A stretch of DNA of 64,000 nt. Origin: Gemmatimonadota bacterium (lineage in GTDB: Bacteria; Gemmatimonadota; Gemmatimonadetes; Palauibacterales; Palauibacteraceae). The number at the start of each line of letters is the position of its first letter. The stretch's first letter is position 1. Both the position numbers and the translations under genes were made by a program. The notes under the pieces were generated by a model, which had not been told where the DNA came from, ran no database searches, and saw only the letters and a list, made by a program, of their open reading frames with translations. The stretch covers positions 3,328,001-3,392,000 of the forward strand of contig OZ220691.1 in the NCBI GenBank assembly GCA_965116475.1. The letters run 5' to 3'. This document shows, one piece after another, positions 53,062 through 63,513 of this stretch.

Positions 53062-54056
53062 TGGAACCGATCCGCGTCACCGTGGATCGGGCCGGCACGC
53101 GGGAATCGTCGCATCTCGTGTACGGCATGGTCTGTGAAGCCGGTTGCTCCGGTCGCAGCCACGCCTTCGGCGACCCTAAACTGACGGCCTTCTGGCGTTC
53201 CTCGATGAAGCCGCTCCAGATCCTTCCGGCGGTCAGAGGCGGCGTGTTCGAACGCCTCGGACTCGGGGCGGAGGCGCTGGCGCTGGCGTGCGCATCGCAT
53301 CACGGCACGCCGCGGCATCTGGAGGTCGTACAGTCGGTCATCGACGCGGCGGAGCTGGCGCCGGAGATGTTCGTGTGCGGGCCGCACCGGCCGTTCGACG
53401 ACGGCGCGGCCCGGGGGATGGACCGGGCGGGGCGCCTGCCGGGGCGGATCCACAACAACTGTTCGGGCCAGCACGCGGCGCTCCTGGCGTTCTGCCTCGC
53501 CCGCGGCTGGTCGGTGGCGGGCTACCATGAGCCGGAGCACGCTCTGCAGCGGACGATCCGCCGCGAAATCTCGGCGTGGCTCGGAGAAGACTGCGAACGT
53601 CTGCCGTGGGGGACGGATGGCTGCGGCCTGCCGACGCCGGCTCTTTCCCTGCGGGACATGGCGCGGGCGTTCGCGGATTTCGGCGCCTCGTCGGAGGCGG
53701 CCGCGCGGTCCGTTGTGACGGCGATGACGGCGCATCCGACATTGGTATCGGGTGCCGCGGCCCTCTCCGCGAACCTGATGCGAGCGACCTCCGGTCGGAT
53801 TCTCGCCAAGGAGGGGGCGGAGGGCGTGTTCTGCCTGGCGAGCCCGGAGGGGGCGTGGGGGGCGGCCTTCAAGGTGCTGGATGGGGCCACGCGGCCGCTG
53901 GGGCCCGCGGTTGTGCACGCGCTTTCAACGCTGTCGCTGCTGGCGCCGGAGGAGATCGGTCGCCTGGAGCGCTTCGCGCACCCCGTGGTGCGCAACACGT
54001 GCGGGAACGAGGTCGGGGTGCTGTCGGTGGAGGGGGAATCGTGTTCGTCGACGTAG
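53061..54056 (+). CDS. Class 3 (Rhizobium-type) L-asparaginase-like protein
   Basis: ESSH, RSSMKPLQ, CASH, HNNCSGQH, DGCG.P, AKEGAEG. Confidence 0.82.
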   Translation: MEPIRVTVDRAGTRESSHLVYGMVCEAGCSGRSHAFGDPKLTAFWRSSMKPLQILPAVRGGVFERLGLGAEALALACASHHGTPRHLEVVQSVIDAAELAPEMFVCGPHRPFDDGAARGMDRAGRLPGRIHNNCSGQHAALLAFCLARGWSVAGYHEPEHALQRTIRREISAWLGEDCERLPWGTDGCGLPTPALSLRDMARAFADFGASSEAAARSVVTAMTAHPTLVSGAAALSANLMRATSGRILAKEGAEGVFCLASPEGAWGAAFKVLDGATRPLGPAVVHALSTLSLLAPEEIGRLERFAHPVVRNTCGNEVGVLSVEGESCSST

Positions 54057-55087
54057 CGAGAATACACGTGACCGGAGGGGCGGGCGGCGCGGGCGCCGTC
54101 GCCTTCCGGCGCGAGAGGGGGGTGCCCCGCGGCGGGCCCGCCGGCGGCCGGGGCGGAAACGGCGGCGGCGTGATCCTCGTCGCGGATCGCCGGCTCGACA
54201 CGCTGCTGGACTACTCGTACCGCGAGCACTACAAGGCCGGGCGCGCCGGTCACGGAGAGGGAAAGAAACGGGACGGGGCCTCGGGAGAAGATCTGCGGCT
54301 GCCCGTACCTCTCGGGACGCTCGTGCGCGACGTAGAGACGGGAGAGCGGATCGGGGAACTGCTCGAGGAGGGGGATGAACTCATTGTGGCCCGCGGCGGC
54401 CGCGGAGGAAGGGGCAACGCGAGCTTCGCTTCGCCCACCCGACAGACGCCGCGCGAATGGGAACCGGGGGAGTGGGGGGAGGAGCGGCACATCGAACTCG
54501 AACTCAAGCTCATCGCCGACGTGGGTCTGGTGGGGGAGCCCAACGCCGGAAAATCGACGCTGCTCGCCCGCGTGACGGCAGCGAAGCCCCGGATCGCCGA
54601 CTATCCCTTCTCCACGCTGACACCGAACCTCGGAGTCGTGGGTCTGAGCGGGAGTCGGTCGTTCGTGATGGCGGACATCCCGGGCATCATCGAAGGGGCG
54701 CACGAGGGGCGCGGCCTGGGCACGCAGTTCCTTCGGCACATCGAACGCACGCGCACGCTCGCGCTCCTGGTGCCGGTGGACGACGAGGATCCGCAGGCGA
54801 CGTACGACCTGCTGCGCGAGGAACTGCGGGCGCACGACGCGGCGCTCGCCGGCATATCCCACTGCGTGCTCCTGACGAAGGCCGACTTGAGTCCCGCGGC
54901 GCCGGAACCGCCGGTATCGGTCGATGCCCCCCGGAGCTGGGGCCAGTTCACGATCTCGGCCGTGACCGGGGCCGGCCTCGACGTTGCGCTCGAAGGTCTG
55001 TGGGCGCGCGTGCAGAGGGAGAAGGAGGCCGCGGCGGGGGACGGCGAAGCGGATCCGTTCGCGGGCGGCGAAGCGTGGCGTCCGTGA
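54041..55087 (+). CDS. obgE: GTPase ObgE
   Basis: FVD, Gly-rich Obg domain, ADVGLVG.PNAGKST, YPFST, DIPG, FLRHIER. Confidence 0.96.
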   Translation: MFVDVARIHVTGGAGGAGAVAFRRERGVPRGGPAGGRGGNGGGVILVADRRLDTLLDYSYREHYKAGRAGHGEGKKRDGASGEDLRLPVPLGTLVRDVETGERIGELLEEGDELIVARGGRGGRGNASFASPTRQTPREWEPGEWGEERHIELELKLIADVGLVGEPNAGKSTLLARVTAAKPRIADYPFSTLTPNLGVVGLSGSRSFVMADIPGIIEGAHEGRGLGTQFLRHIERTRTLALLVPVDDEDPQATYDLLREELRAHDAALAGISHCVLLTKADLSPAAPEPPVSVDAPRSWGQFTISAVTGAGLDVALEGLWARVQREKEAAAGDGEADPFAGGEAWRP

Positions 55088-56259
55088 CGGAGCGTTCTGT
55101 GGAGGCACGGGCGCGGGACGGGGAGTTGGTGGCGCTCCTCGTGCTGGCGCGCACCCCCGGTCTGGGGCTGCGCCGGGTGCGGCGTCTGGTCGACCGCCAT
55201 GGTGGGGCGTCCGGGGCGCTCAAAGCGCTGCGCGATACTGCGCCGGAAGGCCTGCCGGCGCGCCGCCGGGGCGAGCGGGTTCCGACATCGAGGACGGTCC
55301 GGGCCCTCGGCCGTGCCAGCGAGGGGGCGGCGCGGTCGCTCCTGCGCGAAGCGAGAGCGAAGGGGATCCGCATCGCGGGGTACACCGACTGTGGGAAGGC
55401 CGCTTACCCCGCGGGGCTAGGCGATCTCCCCGATCCGCCCCCCGTGCTCTTCAGGCGTGGCGCGGGGACGCCGGATTCCGAGCGGACGATCGCCGTCGTG
55501 GGCACGCGGGCCGCGTCGTCCTACGGGTTGCGCACGGCGTATTCTCTGGGAAGGGAACTCGGGCGCTGGGGCTGGACGGTGGTCAGCGGCATGGCGCGCG
55601 GCATCGATGCGGCGGCGCATTCCGGGGCCCTCGACGCCGGCGGGCGCACCATTGGAGTCCTTGGGACCGGAGTCGACCGCGAGTATCCGGCGGAGAACCG
55701 GGATCTGTACCGGCGGATGCGGACGGACGGGGTCCTGCTGAGCGAGTTCGAGCCGGGGGCGCCGCCGACGCGTTCCGCGTTTCCGCGCCGCAACCGGGTG
55801 ATCGCCGCCCTCGCCCGCGGCGTCATCGTCGTGGAGGCGGGCGGGAGGAGCGGGGCACTGAACACCGCGGACCATGCGCTGGACCTGGGGCGCGAAGTCC
55901 TCGCGGTGCCCGGGCGGATCGATGATCGGAGCGCAGCCGGGTGCCTTCGCCTGCTGCGCCAGGGCGCCGGGCTTGTGGCCGGCGTACAGGACGTGTTCGA
56001 CGCTCTGGGCTGGCTGTGCCTCGAACCGCAGGCGCCGGAACCGGATGGAGGGTCCGCTCCGGCGGCGGACGGATCCGAGGGCGACCGGCGCCTGCTCGGA
56101 GCGCTGTCACGGGGACCCCGCTCGCCGGATGAGCTCGCCGTCGGTCTCGAGATGCCCGTCACGAAGGTGCTCGGCGGACTGGGACGGCTGGAACTCGAGG
56201 GGTGGGTCGAGCGCCGCCCGGGAGGGAGCTTTGCCGCCGTCCGGCGGGGCGGCCGCTGA
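55084..56259 (+). CDS. dprA: DNA processing protein DprA
   Basis: AVVGTR, VSGMARGID, FPRRNR, VVEA..RSG, AVPG. Confidence 0.93.
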   Translation: MTERSVEARARDGELVALLVLARTPGLGLRRVRRLVDRHGGASGALKALRDTAPEGLPARRRGERVPTSRTVRALGRASEGAARSLLREARAKGIRIAGYTDCGKAAYPAGLGDLPDPPPVLFRRGAGTPDSERTIAVVGTRAASSYGLRTAYSLGRELGRWGWTVVSGMARGIDAAAHSGALDAGGRTIGVLGTGVDREYPAENRDLYRRMRTDGVLLSEFEPGAPPTRSAFPRRNRVIAALARGVIVVEAGGRSGALNTADHALDLGREVLAVPGRIDDRSAAGCLRLLRQGAGLVAGVQDVFDALGWLCLEPQAPEPDGGSAPAADGSEGDRRLLGALSRGPRSPDELAVGLEMPVTKVLGGLGRLELEGWVERRPGGSFAAVRRGGR

Positions 56260-57413
56260 TGTCGGGCCGGCGTCCGCCACGCTCCCTGTACGTGCACTTT
56301 CCGTTCTGCGCGCATCGCTGCCACTACTGCGATTTCTCCGTCCAGCGCGCGTCGGCGCCGCCGGTGTCCCGCTGGCTCGCGGCGATCGAGGCCGAACTCG
56401 CCTGGTGGTTCGAGCGCAACGGATGGGATCCAGGCGACACGCTCGATACGATCTTCGTGGGGGGCGGGACGCCCTCGCTCATGGGGGCCGCGGGGATGGA
56501 AGGGCTCGCCTCGCGAATCTCCGCCTGGTTCCGGATCGACCCCGCGCGCACGGAATGGACGGCCGAGGCGAACCCCGCCTCCTTCGACGCGCGGCTCGGT
56601 TCGAACTGGCGCGCGACGGGCGTGAACCGGCTGAGTCTCGGCGTGCAGGCCCTGGACGATGCGGTTCTGAAATGGCTGGGCCGGCTGCATGACCGGCGCC
56701 GGGCCATGGAGGCGGTCGCGGAGGCGAGGGATGCCGGGTTCGAACGCGTGAGCGTGGACCTCATCTTCGGTCTCTCCCCGGAAGTGACGCGAAACCTCGC
56801 GGCGGAGGTGGAAGCGGCCGCCGCGCTCGACGTGTCCCACCTGAGTCTCTACGGCCTGACCGTCGAACCCCGCACGCCGCTGGCCGAGTGGATTCGCCTG
56901 GGCCGGGTCGGGATGCCGGACGAAGAGCGCTACGCGGAGGAGTACCGGCTCCTGTCGCGCGAACTGCGCGCGGCCGGGTATGAGCAGTACGAGGTGTCGA
57001 ACTTCGCCCGGCCGGGGGCGCAGTGCCGCCACAACTGGTCGTACTGGAACCGAACGTCGTATCTTGCCCTCGGCCCGTCCGCACATGGTTTTCTCCCGCC
57101 GATCCGCAGTTGGAACGTCTTCCGCTGGGACCGGTATGAACGCGCGCTGCGGGAGGGCCGCGGCCCTCTCGAAGGCTGGGAACGCGTGGGGCCGGAAGAG
57201 GAGGAACTGGAACGGATCTGGCTGGGTCTTCGTACGAATCGCGGACTGACGCCCGATGTCGTGCAGAGGATCTCGTCGGACGGCCCCCGCTTCGACGATT
57301 GGGCCGGGGCCGGGTGGATGGAGGAGCGGAACGGACGCTGGCGGGCGACGATCGAAGGCTGGCTCCGCCTGGACACGATCGCCGCCGAACTCGCCGGGGC
57401 TGAGGGAACATGA
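56259..57413 (+). CDS. hemW: Radical SAM heme chaperone HemW
   Basis: YVHFPFC...C.YCDF, GGGTPS, EANP, YEVSNFA, HN..YW. Confidence 0.92.
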   Translation: MSGRRPPRSLYVHFPFCAHRCHYCDFSVQRASAPPVSRWLAAIEAELAWWFERNGWDPGDTLDTIFVGGGTPSLMGAAGMEGLASRISAWFRIDPARTEWTAEANPASFDARLGSNWRATGVNRLSLGVQALDDAVLKWLGRLHDRRRAMEAVAEARDAGFERVSVDLIFGLSPEVTRNLAAEVEAAAALDVSHLSLYGLTVEPRTPLAEWIRLGRVGMPDEERYAEEYRLLSRELRAAGYEQYEVSNFARPGAQCRHNWSYWNRTSYLALGPSAHGFLPPIRSWNVFRWDRYERALREGRGPLEGWERVGPEEEELERIWLGLRTNRGLTPDVVQRISSDGPRFDDWAGAGWMEERNGRWRATIEGWLRLDTIAAELAGAEGT

Positions 57414-58453
57414 CCCTGCCAACACTGACAGAGCGCGAACGGGCCGTCCTCGCGGCGGTCATCGACTCCTTCGTCCGCACGGCCGCCCCGGCCGGCTCGC
57501 GAAGGATCGGGAAGGACTACGCGCTCGGCGTCTCCCCCGCGACGATCCGAAACACGATGGCGGACCTCGAGGCCAAGGGTCTGCTCACCCACCCCTACAC
57601 GTCCGCCGGACGGCTCCCCACCGACCTCGCCTACCGGTACTACGTCGATGCGCTCATGCGCTGGGGCGGCATCCGGAAGCGCGACCAGGCGAAGATCGAA
57701 CGCGAGCTGGGGGATGCGGACGCCGGCGGCGTCGAGGACCTCATGAGCAAGGCGGCGCGCGTCCTCAGCCTTCTGACGGGAGAACTCGGCCTAGCGGTGG
57801 GACCGACGCTCGCCACGGCCACGCTCGAGCGTCTCGAACTCGTGCCGCTCTCGAGCGAGAAGGTGCTCCTGGTGTTCACGATCGAGTCCGGCGTGGTGCG
57901 CACCGTGTACGTGGACGTGGCGACGCGGGTGCCGCGGGCGACGCTCCAGGCGGTGTCGCAGGCCCTGAACGAGCGGTTGGCGGGCAGCGCCATCTCCGAG
58001 ATCCAGGCGACGCTTCACGAGCGGCTGGGCGACCTGAGTTTCAACAACCGCGGCGCCGAGGAACTGATGAACATCTTCGTGCACAGCGGTCCGGACATCT
58101 TCGAGTGGGCCCGCCGCGAGCGCGAGATCCACCTCGGGAGCGCCGCGGCGCTGACCGAGCAGCCGGAGTTCACGACGAGCGAGCGCCTGCGCGAGCTCCT
58201 GCTCCTCACGGAGCGCCGGGAGCTGCTCGCCTCCGTGCTGGGGGACCGCGGCGGCTCGGACGGTCCGCACGTGACGATCGGCGCCGAGCACGGCCAGCCC
58301 GAGCTGGAGGATCTGACTATCGTCACGGCCAACTATGCCGTCGGCAGTCTGCAGGGCACGGTCGGCGTGATCGGCCCGACGCGCATGCCGTACGACAAGG
58401 TCGTCTCCATCGTCGACTGCACGTCCGACCTTCTCACCCGGCTGACGCCGTGA
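57410..58453 (+). CDS. hrcA: Heat-inducible repressor HrcA
   Basis: SPATIRNTMADLE, TSAGRLPT...YRYYVD, GPTRM.Y. Confidence 0.95.
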   Translation: MTLPTLTERERAVLAAVIDSFVRTAAPAGSRRIGKDYALGVSPATIRNTMADLEAKGLLTHPYTSAGRLPTDLAYRYYVDALMRWGGIRKRDQAKIERELGDADAGGVEDLMSKAARVLSLLTGELGLAVGPTLATATLERLELVPLSSEKVLLVFTIESGVVRTVYVDVATRVPRATLQAVSQALNERLAGSAISEIQATLHERLGDLSFNNRGAEELMNIFVHSGPDIFEWARREREIHLGSAAALTEQPEFTTSERLRELLLLTERRELLASVLGDRGGSDGPHVTIGAEHGQPELEDLTIVTANYAVGSLQGTVGVIGPTRMPYDKVVSIVDCTSDLLTRLTP

Positions 58454-59619
58454 GCGGACACCGCGACTACTACGAACTGCTCGGCGTCTCTCGCGACGCG
58501 GGCGCGGACGAACTGAAGCGGGCGTACCGGCGCCTCGCCATGGAGTACCATCCGGACCGCAATTCGGCGGCCGACGCGGAGGCGCGGTTCAAGGAGGTGA
58601 CGGAGGCGTGGGAAGTGCTCCGCGACCCGGGGAAGCGGCAGTTGTACGACCAGTACGGTGAGGCCGGGGTGCGGCGCGGCGGTGGAGGCGAGGCGCCGTT
58701 CTCCGGATTCAACAACTTCTCCGACGCGTTCGACGTGTTCATGCGGGAGTTCGGCGGAGCCGGTTTCGGAGGCGGCGGCTTCGGCGACCTCTTCGCGGAC
58801 GTGCGGTCCCCGAACCAGCCGCGTCGCGGTTCGACCCTCAAGGTCTCCGTCGCGATCACGCTGGAAGAGGCGGCCGAGGGGGTCCGGCGCTCGCTCCGCG
58901 TCTCCGCTCTGGATCCGTGCGGGCGCTGCGACTCGACGGGCGCCGAACCGGGTAGCAAGGCGTCCCCGTGCGGGACGTGCGAGGGGACCGGCGAGATTCG
59001 CATGGTCCAGCGCTCGATGCTGGGACAGTTCGTTTCCGTGCGTCCCTGCTCCGCCTGCGGCGGAGAGGGCACCCTGGTCGCCGATGAGTGCCGCGACTGC
59101 CAGCGAACCGGGCGCGTGCGGGTCGACCGAACCGTAGACATCGAGATTCCCGCGGGGATTTCGTCCGACGACTACCTGAAGCTGCGCGCGCGAGGCAACG
59201 CGGGTCCGCGCGGCGGGCCGGCCGGGGATCTCATCGTCCAGGTGGAAGTCGAGCCGCACGACCGCTTCGAGCGCAGGGGTGATGACCTCGTCCTCGACCT
59301 GCCCGTCACGTTCTCCCAGGCGGCGCTGGGCGACGAACTCGACGTGCCGACGATCCTCGGACAGGCTCGGCTCAAGGTGCCCGCGGGGATCCAGGCGGGT
59401 CAGATCCTGAGGCTTCGCGGCCAGGGGATGCCGCGTCTCCGGGCCGGGGGACACGGGGACCAGCTGGTGCGGGTGCACACATGGACGCCGAGCGAACTGT
59501 CCCGGCGACAGCGCGACATCCTGGAGTCGCTGCGGGAGGTCGAGGATGCGCCGCCCGAACCGCGCCGGGGCGAGGATCCGAGCTTCTGGGAGCGCGTAAA
59601 GGCGGCGTTTACGGCGTAG
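58450..59619 (+). CDS. dnaJ: Chaperone DnaJ
   Basis: DYYELLGV, HPD, G/F-rich linker, four CxxCxxxG motifs. Confidence 0.96.
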   Translation: MSGHRDYYELLGVSRDAGADELKRAYRRLAMEYHPDRNSAADAEARFKEVTEAWEVLRDPGKRQLYDQYGEAGVRRGGGGEAPFSGFNNFSDAFDVFMREFGGAGFGGGGFGDLFADVRSPNQPRRGSTLKVSVAITLEEAAEGVRRSLRVSALDPCGRCDSTGAEPGSKASPCGTCEGTGEIRMVQRSMLGQFVSVRPCSACGGEGTLVADECRDCQRTGRVRVDRTVDIEIPAGISSDDYLKLRARGNAGPRGGPAGDLIVQVEVEPHDRFERRGDDLVLDLPVTFSQAALGDELDVPTILGQARLKVPAGIQAGQILRLRGQGMPRLRAGGHGDQLVRVHTWTPSELSRRQRDILESLREVEDAPPEPRRGEDPSFWERVKAAFTA

Positions 59620-60760
59620 CGGACCCCGACGCGACGGCGGTGGCGGGCTGCGACGCCATCCGCTCCGCGAGACTCGCGAGGAGCTGGTCGAAGGGGACGG
59701 CGAACTTCTCGACGCCCTCCGCCAGAAGCTGATCCGTGATCTCGTCCAGCTCGATTCCGACGGCGGCCAACTCCGCCATCGTGTGACGGGCCTCGTCGAC
59801 ACCGTTGGTCAGCGTGCCGGCGACGCGTCCGTGATCCCTGAAGGCGTCGATCGTCTTCTCCGGCAGGGTGTTGACCGTCAGGTCGCCGATGAGCGGCTCG
59901 ACGTACATCACGTCGGAATACGCGGGATTCTTCGTGCTCGTGCTCGCCCACAGCATGCGTTGCGGACGGGCGCCGAGTCCTGCGAGACGGGCCCAGCGGT
60001 CCGTGGCCAGCCGCCGCTGAAACCCGACGTAGGCGAGTTTGGCGTTGGCGATCGCTGCTTTGCCGAGCAGGGCCTCACAGCGCGCGGCGTCGCCCTCCGC
60101 GGCGTCGGCCAGCGCCCCGAGCTTCCGGTCGGTCAGCGCGTCGATCCGGCTCACGAAAAAGCTGGCCACGGAGGCGACGCCATCGACCGGCCGTCCCGCT
60201 TCGATCCGCTGCTCGAGCGCCTCCGTGTGCGCGTCCGCCACCGCCTCGTATGCGGCGATGGAGAAGAGGAGCGTCACGTTCACGTTCACGCCCTCGAACA
60301 GCGCCTGCCGGATGGCCGGGACGCCGGCCGGCGTGCCGGGAATCTTGATGAGGACGTTGGGGCGGGCCACCTCGTCGTGGAGGCGGCGGGCCTCCCGCAC
60401 CGTGCCCTCCGTGTCGTTCGCCAGATGGGGGGAAACCTCGAGGGAAACGTATCCGTCGACCCCGCCCGAACTCTCCCACACGCCCCGCAGGACGTCGCAG
60501 GCGCCCTGAACGTCGGCGATCGTGAGGCGGTCGTAGACGCCTTCGACGCCGAGACCCGCGGCGGTGAAGCGGGCGATGTCCTCATCGTACTGCGCGCTGC
60601 CCGTGATGGCGTTGTGGAAGATCGCGGGGTTCGAGGTGACCCCTCTCAACCCTTCGGCCTCGACCCGGCGAGCCAGCTCTCCGTCGACCAGCATCCCGCG
60701 CGTCAGGTTGTCGAGCCAATAGCTCTGGCCGTGCTCCTGAAGCTGAAGCAGCGCGCTCAT
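59609..60760 (-). CDS. tal: Transaldolase
   Basis: GQSYWLD, GVTSNP, SLEVSP, IKIP, NVTLLFS, ASFFVSR, WASTSTK; 11-bp convergent overlap with dnaJ. Confidence 0.95.
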   Translation of the reverse strand: MSALLQLQEHGQSYWLDNLTRGMLVDGELARRVEAEGLRGVTSNPAIFHNAITGSAQYDEDIARFTAAGLGVEGVYDRLTIADVQGACDVLRGVWESSGGVDGYVSLEVSPHLANDTEGTVREARRLHDEVARPNVLIKIPGTPAGVPAIRQALFEGVNVNVTLLFSIAAYEAVADAHTEALEQRIEAGRPVDGVASVASFFVSRIDALTDRKLGALADAAEGDAARCEALLGKAAIANAKLAYVGFQRRLATDRWARLAGLGARPQRMLWASTSTKNPAYSDVMYVEPLIGDLTVNTLPEKTIDAFRDHGRVAGTLTNGVDEARHTMAELAAVGIELDEITDQLLAEGVEKFAVPFDQLLASLAERMASQPATAVASGSATP

Positions 60761-60785
60761 CTCTCTCCCCTCCCCATCGTGGGTC

Positions 60786-61247
60786 TCAGGTGTCTGATTT
60801 CAGGTGTCTGGCTTCGATGTCCAGAACTTTGTCGAGCCGTCTCCGATGCCTCGGCTCGGCCGAAAAATCCGCGGCCAGGAAGGCCTCGGTGATCGCGCGG
60901 GCGAGGGCGATCCCGATGACGCGCTCCCCCATGCAGAGGACGTTCATGTCGTCGTGATCGACCCCCTGCGCCGCCGAGTACGTGTCGTGGCATACGCCCG
61001 CCCGCACGCCCGGCACCTTGTTGGCGGCGATACAGACGCCAACGGCCGACCCGCAGATGACGATGCCGCGTTCCGCGTCGCCATGCGCCACCCGTTCGGC
61101 GACGGCGAAGGCGAAGTCGGGGTAGTCGACCGAGTCGGTGCCGTGCGTGCCGACATCGACGATGTCGTGGCCCGCATCGCGAAGCTCGGCGGCGAGCACA
61201 TCCTTGTAGCCTACGCCCGCGTGATCCGCCCCGATGGCGAGCTTCAC
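60786..61247 (-). CDS. rpiB: Ribose-5-phosphate isomerase B
   Basis: GADHAG, DYPD, CGSAVG, ANK, RH.RR. Confidence 0.95.
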   Translation of the reverse strand: MKLAIGADHAGVGYKDVLAAELRDAGHDIVDVGTHGTDSVDYPDFAFAVAERVAHGDAERGIVICGSAVGVCIAANKVPGVRAGVCHDTYSAAQGVDHDDMNVLCMGERVIGIALARAITEAFLAADFSAEPRHRRRLDKVLDIEARHLKSDT

Positions 61248-63304
61248 CGCGACCCTTGCGCCGAGAGCGCTTCCAGGGCCCGCGCGACGACGGCCTCCGC
61301 GGTGAAGCCGAAATGGGCGAAGTTGTCCGCCGCCGATGCGGACTGGCCGAAGCGGTCGATCCCGATGACGGCGCCGTCCCGCCCCACCCATTCCGTCCAC
61401 CCGAGGGTGGCGCCGGCTTCGATCGCGACCCGCGGCACGCCGGGGGGAAGGACGTCGTCCCGGTAGGCCGCGGGCTGTGCGCGGAACAGCTCCCAGCTCG
61501 GGAAGGAGACCACGCGCGCCGACATTCCCCCGGCTTCGAGGACGCTCGCCGCCTCGACCGCCACCTGCAGCTCGGAACCGGTCCCGAGGAGCACGACCTG
61601 AAGGGGGCCGGGCTCCGGCCTGAGCACGTAGGCGCCGCGTCCCACCCCATCGCGGGCGGTGCCGGCCGCGCGCTCGAGATGGGAGACCTTCTGGCGCGTG
61701 AGCACGAGAATCGTCGGCCCCGAGCCGCGCTCGATCGCGACGCGCCACGCCTGAACGGTCTCCTCCGGGTCGGCGGGGCGCAGCACGACGACGCCGGGCA
61801 TTGCCCGGAAGGAGGCGAGGTGTTCGATCGGCTGGTGCGTTGGCCCGTCGGCCCCGAGGCCGATCGAGTCGTGCGTCATCACGTAGATGTTGGGCAGTCC
61901 CATCAGCGCGGCGAGCCGCATCGACGGCCGGGCGTAGTCCGTGAAGGTGAAGAACGTGGCGATGTATGGCCGGATGCCGCCGTGGAGGACGAGTCCGTTC
62001 GCGATGGAGGCCATCGCGTGCTCGCGGATGCCCCACCGCAGGTTGCGGCCCTCGGGTGCGTCCCGCGAGAAGTTCGGCGAGTCGATCAACGTGTTGTTCG
62101 AGCCCGACAGGTCGGCGCTCCCGCCAATGAGTTCGGGGAGGCGGGGGGCGAGCGCGGTCAGGATCCGGCCGGAAGCGGCCCGCGTGGCGATCGGGTCGTC
62201 GTCCGGGCCGAAGCTCGGCAACTTCTCTTCCCACGCGTCCGGCAGATCCGACCGGATGCGGCGTTCGAATTCCGCGGCCAGCTTCGGGTGCTCGGCGCGG
62301 TAGCGCTCGAAGCGCGCTCCCCACTCCGCGGCGGATGCTTCACCGCGTGCGACCTGCTGCCCCATGTGGCTCCGGACGGCGTCCGGCACGAGGAACGGAG
62401 GTTCCGCCGGCCAGCCGTACACTTCCTTGGTGAGCCGAACCTCTTCCTCGCCGAGCGGCGCGCCGTGCGCGGCGGCCGTGTCCTGCTTGTTCGGGGCGCC
62501 GTAGCCGATGTGCGAGCGGACGATGATCAGTGACGGGCGGTCCTCCACGCTCCGCGCGCCTTCGATCGCCGCGTCGAGCGCCGCCAGGTCGTTCGCGTCC
62601 CCGACGGACTGCACGTGCCATCCCATTGACTTGAATCGCCCGCGCACATCCTCCGAAAACGCGAGATCGATGTCGCCATCGATCGTGATCCTGTTGTCGT
62701 CGTAGAGCCAGAGAAGCTTGCCGAGGCCCAGGTGTCCGGCCAGCGAGGCCGCCTCGTACGAGACGCCCTCCATGAGGTCGCCGTCGCTGCAGATGACGTA
62801 CGTCCGGTGATCGACGATCGCATGGCCCGGCCGGTTGAACACCGCCGCGAGATGCGCTTCGGCGATCGCCATCCCCACGGAGTTCGCGACGCCCTGGCCC
62901 AGCGGGCCGGTGGTCGTCTCGACGCCGTTGACGTGGCCGTACTCGGGGTGGCCCGCGGTGCAACTCCCCGCCCGCCGGAAATTGCGGATTTCGTCAAGGG
63001 GGAGGTCGAACCCGGTGAGGTGGAGAACGGCATACTGGAGGATCGCGGCGTGGCCGGCGGAGAGCACGAACCGGTCCCGGCCGAACCAGGCGGGGTCCCC
63101 CGGGCTGTAGCGCATGTGGCGCATCCACAGGGTGTACGCCACGGGGGCGAGCGCCATCGCCGTGCCGGGGTGCCCGGAGCCAGCTCGCTGGACGGCGTCC
63201 ATGGCGAGCGTGCGGATCGTGTCGATGGACCGGGATTCTACGGAAGGGTCCGCGCCCGGAGCGGCGGACCCGGAAATGGCTTCGACGGTCCCTGTTTCGT
63301 TCAA
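61244..63304 (-). CDS. tkt: Transketolase
   Basis: [45 protein letters not shown]. Confidence 0.97.
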   Translation of the reverse strand: MNETGTVEAISGSAAPGADPSVESRSIDTIRTLAMDAVQRAGSGHPGTAMALAPVAYTLWMRHMRYSPGDPAWFGRDRFVLSAGHAAILQYAVLHLTGFDLPLDEIRNFRRAGSCTAGHPEYGHVNGVETTTGPLGQGVANSVGMAIAEAHLAAVFNRPGHAIVDHRTYVICSDGDLMEGVSYEAASLAGHLGLGKLLWLYDDNRITIDGDIDLAFSEDVRGRFKSMGWHVQSVGDANDLAALDAAIEGARSVEDRPSLIIVRSHIGYGAPNKQDTAAAHGAPLGEEEVRLTKEVYGWPAEPPFLVPDAVRSHMGQQVARGEASAAEWGARFERYRAEHPKLAAEFERRIRSDLPDAWEEKLPSFGPDDDPIATRAASGRILTALAPRLPELIGGSADLSGSNNTLIDSPNFSRDAPEGRNLRWGIREHAMASIANGLVLHGGIRPYIATFFTFTDYARPSMRLAALMGLPNIYVMTHDSIGLGADGPTHQPIEHLASFRAMPGVVVLRPADPEETVQAWRVAIERGSGPTILVLTRQKVSHLERAAGTARDGVGRGAYVLRPEPGPLQVVLLGTGSELQVAVEAASVLEAGGMSARVVSFPSWELFRAQPAAYRDDVLPPGVPRVAIEAGATLGWTEWVGRDGAVIGIDRFGQSASAADNFAHFGFTAEAVVARALEALSAQGSR

Positions 63305-63513
63305 AAGCCCTCGCGCGAGTTGAGTCGCCCTTGGCTGGCCCGCAATGCCGGGAAGAATGTCGGGAAGCCGGAGGCCGCGCGAGACTACTCGTGCTGGGCG
63401 GGCCGCTTCGGCGGAGCGAACATAAGGTGTCGAGGCGCTGCCGGAAAAGGCTCCGTGGTGAAGCGCGCGACGTCGGTGGCGATGGCCCGCCGACGACGGA
63501 TACGTTGCCCCTC

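Noticed and set aside
56259..58453. CIRCE element near hrcA/dnaJ
   Set aside because: I did not see TTAGCACTC-N9-GAGTGCTAA, and the genes overlap with no intergenic space.
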